In this document: positions 6,118-8,282 of the stretch, one piece after another
Layout: each line of letters begins with the position of its first letter
Position numbering within the stretch: the first letter of the stretch is position 1
Source: a virus
Lineage: Duplodnaviria > Heunggongvirae > Uroviricota > Caudoviricetes
Strand: one strand, 5' to 3'
Virus record (IMG/VR): IMGVR_UViG_3300028481_000082
Location: 1-8,282 of that record
DNA: 8,282 nucleotides
The notes under the pieces: model-generated
Seen by the model: only the letters and a program-made list of their open reading frames with translations
Databases searched by the model: none
Told to the model about the DNA's origin: nothing
Translations under genes and position numbers: made by a program

Positions 6118-8103
6118 ATGACAGATTCAATAAATGCCAATGTTGTAGTAAGTATGCCATCGCAACTCTTCACTATGGCTCGTTCTTTTAAAGCAGTTGC
6201 CAATGGCAAAATTTATATCGGTAAAATTGACACTGACCCGGTAAATCCTGAAAACCAGATTCAGGTTTATGTAGAAAACGAAGATGGTTCTCATGTTCCT
6301 GTTTCGCAACCAATAATCATTAACGCTGCTGGTTACCCTGTATATAACGGACAGATTGCCAAATTCGTAACTGTGCAAGGCCATTCTATGGCTGTATATG
6401 ATGCATATGGCGTACAGCAATTTTACTATCCAAACGTATTGAAGTATGACCCTGATCAGTTAAGGCAGGAGCTTGAAGGAGATAAAGGTTTTTTAATCCC
6501 TGGTGGTCAGCAGGAAAGATTTTATGACCTACGCGCATTTGTTGAGCCAGGAGACCCAGCAGCTCCAGACTACACGCAGGCTTTCAAACGCGCCATCGCC
6601 TCTGGTAACGGACGAGTTTTTGTCAACGTTCCAGTGGAATTTACAGAAGATCTGACTATCCCGGCGAAGTTCCGCGTAGATATTGGTGAATGTGGTTATC
6701 TGTACACTAACTCAGCAAAAGTACGCATTGAAGGATTTATCAATACTATCGGGGGTAATGATCCGTATCGCGGTTACATCCATCCATTTGGCGTTGACTC
6801 GTCAACAGTGGCGGGTATTTACACGATGCCTGTAACACTCATGGTTCCGGAAGATTACCGGACCATTCAGGAAGCAATTGACGATATCCCAAATAATTAT
6901 TGGCAGAGAATTATTATCTCAATTGCACCAGGAACTTATGATGAAGACATAGTAATCAGAAGCAAGAGGGGGTGCACACCTCTATTCCCACCTAGCGCAT
7001 CGCAACAAGCAAACATTGTTATAGTAAGTAGAACTACCGACAGAACAACAGTTAATGTTAGGTCAGCCCAGGTATTTTCATGCGGAGGCACACCATACAG
7101 CCCAGAGTTGCACGCTTTAAACTTTACAAATAGAACACACAGTGATGAAAATGCTTCAGTTGAATTTTATGGATGCACATCTGGCGCTGTTAATGATTGT
7201 TCATTCAATGGGGTAGGAGTTGATAAGTGTATTGAGGCATATAATAGTACAATATCAGTTGAATCATGCGATTTCGGTAACGAAATTAATGATAAAGGGA
7301 TGGTTGTAAAGCATGGAGGAGTATTAAGCTCAAACTCAACAAGAATAGGACAGGCGCTAAAGCCAATGTCTGGCACACTAAAAAGTTGGGTTGCTGTTTC
7401 GATAGGCGGTATCATTATCGGTAATGATTTTGGTATGTGCATTGGTAAAGTTGCGCAAAGTAGGGTTGATGGAGTACAGGTAGGGCTTATAACTGAAACA
7501 GCTACAAAATCAATTAATGGAGTAACATCTTCATTTACGCTTGCGACAACAAGGCACCATACTCAATTTCAAGACTATGATAAATTTACCAATAAAGTAA
7601 CCGGCTCAGGTTCAGGGTTGGAATATTATGCAGAAGGTGGATTAGTTGTAAGAGCGGGGACTGTTGGCGGTACGGCACTTGTAAGATATAAAAGAGAGCG
7701 ACGGCTTGTATTAAATTATGAAACATTTAACTATCTTGGTTTTGCTGTTGCTTATGGAATTACATCTGGAGTTAATTCACTAAATGGTTTTATAGTTTGT
7801 GGCTCCGTGGAATCAGGAAATTACTTTGGAATAAGGTATATAGGAAATGAAGCAAAAGGTATAATATGTAAGGATGGAGTGCAGTCAACGACTACATTAC
7901 TTAACAGCACAAAAACATATGGGACATGGACGTGCAAATATGTAGGAAAGGGTGACGGGCAGTTAATTATTATGCACAATGATACATATGCTGGTCATAT
8001 AAATGGAGTTAAGTTATCATCATATGATGGAACATATTTCGAGGCCTACATAACAGACGATAGAATACAGCTATTCGAAATGGATTTTATTGCAAGCGCT
8101 TAA
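6118..8103 (+). CDS. Tailspike protein (P22 gene 9 homologue), 661 aa; conserved head-binding N-terminal domain plus a divergent beta-helix receptor-binding domain
   Basis: ATG at 6118 with GGAG at 6105-6108. The N-terminal ~115 aa ([60 protein letters not shown]...[15 protein letters not shown]...NVLKYDPDQ) is clearly homologous to the P22 tailspike head-binding domain and, by memory, closer to the Sf6/HK620 type. The remainder does not resemble the P22 endorhamnosidase domain. GC drops from roughly 47-60% to roughly 30-38% from about 6950 onward. Confidence 0.93.
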   Translation: MTDSINANVVVSMPSQLFTMARSFKAVANGKIYIGKIDTDPVNPENQIQVYVENEDGSHVPVSQPIIINAAGYPVYNGQIAKFVTVQGHSMAVYDAYGVQQFYYPNVLKYDPDQLRQELEGDKGFLIPGGQQERFYDLRAFVEPGDPAAPDYTQAFKRAIASGNGRVFVNVPVEFTEDLTIPAKFRVDIGECGYLYTNSAKVRIEGFINTIGGNDPYRGYIHPFGVDSSTVAGIYTMPVTLMVPEDYRTIQEAIDDIPNNYWQRIIISIAPGTYDEDIVIRSKRGCTPLFPPSASQQANIVIVSRTTDRTTVNVRSAQVFSCGGTPYSPELHALNFTNRTHSDENASVEFYGCTSGAVNDCSFNGVGVDKCIEAYNSTISVESCDFGNEINDKGMVVKHGGVLSSNSTRIGQALKPMSGTLKSWVAVSIGGIIIGNDFGMCIGKVAQSRVDGVQVGLITETATKSINGVTSSFTLATTRHHTQFQDYDKFTNKVTGSGSGLEYYAEGGLVVRAGTVGGTALVRYKRERRLVLNYETFNYLGFAVAYGITSGVNSLNGFIVCGSVESGNYFGIRYIGNEAKGIICKDGVQSTTTLLNSTKTYGTWTCKYVGKGDGQLIIMHNDTYAGHINGVKLSSYDGTYFEAYITDDRIQLFEMDFIASA

Positions 8104-8141
8104 ATCAATTGTCTGGTTAATTATAAATTGTTAAATGAAAA

Positions 8142-8164
8142 GAAGGTGGCGTTACACCACCTTC
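8142..8164 (-). terminator. Hairpin likely acting as a rho-independent terminator for a convergent minus-strand transcript downstream of the tailspike gene
   Basis: Stem GAAGGTGG (8142-8149), loop CGTTACA, stem CCACCTTC (8157-8164). On the minus strand it is followed by UUUUCAUUU. On the plus strand it is not followed by a U-run, so it is a weak terminator for the tailspike gene. Confidence 0.45.
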
Positions 8165-8282
8165 CCATCAAGCCAGTCCGCCCACCACTGCATCATTTCT
8201 CTGCGCTTATCGAGATACTGAGCATGGTTGTAAATTCAGCAAACGACGTAATGTGTTTGACAAAAAATTAGCGCAAGAAGAC

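Noticed and set aside
6127-7442. Minus-strand ORFs 6127-6420 and 7167-7442 inside the tailspike gene
   Set aside because: Antisense to the long tailspike ORF, with no start signals. The second lies in AT-rich sequence where spurious open frames are expected.
8142-8164. The hairpin after the tailspike as a plus-strand intrinsic terminator for the tailspike gene
   Set aside because: It is not followed by a U-run on the plus strand (CCCATCAAGCC follows), so it is more convincingly a minus-strand terminator. It may still give weak plus-strand pausing.
1-8282. CRISPR arrays, tRNA/rRNA genes, IS elements or att core sites
   Set aside because: No regularly spaced direct repeats, no cloverleaf-compatible conserved tRNA motifs, no terminal inverted repeats flanking a transposase, and no recognisable integrase or att sequence were seen anywhere in the window.

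Overview
This window is the late-region right end of a P22-like temperate podovirus (prophage or phage genome), read from my recollection of P22 gene order and protein sequences; no search was run. Left to right: the C-terminal part of an ejection protein (P22 gp20-like, runs off the 5' edge), a full gp16-like ejection protein, an AT-rich ~1.6 kb accessory island, the immI immunity module (mnt, overlapping Pant/Pmnt with Arc and Mnt operators, arc, sar antisense RNA, ant, terminator), and a 661-aa tailspike. The most interesting part is the accessory island at 2940-4560, which sits where P22 carries sieA. It holds a convergent 109-aa membrane-anchored coiled-coil protein, a palindrome-rich control region, and a tightly coupled two-gene cassette: a 147-aa protein with Panacea/DUF4065-like antitoxin motifs and a 139-aa basic protein I cannot place in any family. 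I read this cassette as a candidate toxin-antitoxin or anti-phage defence pair carried as a prophage moron. The tailspike is mosaic, with a P22/Sf6/HK620-type head-binding N-terminus joined to a sharply AT-rich receptor-binding domain. No tRNA, rRNA, CRISPR array, IS element or att site was recognised.
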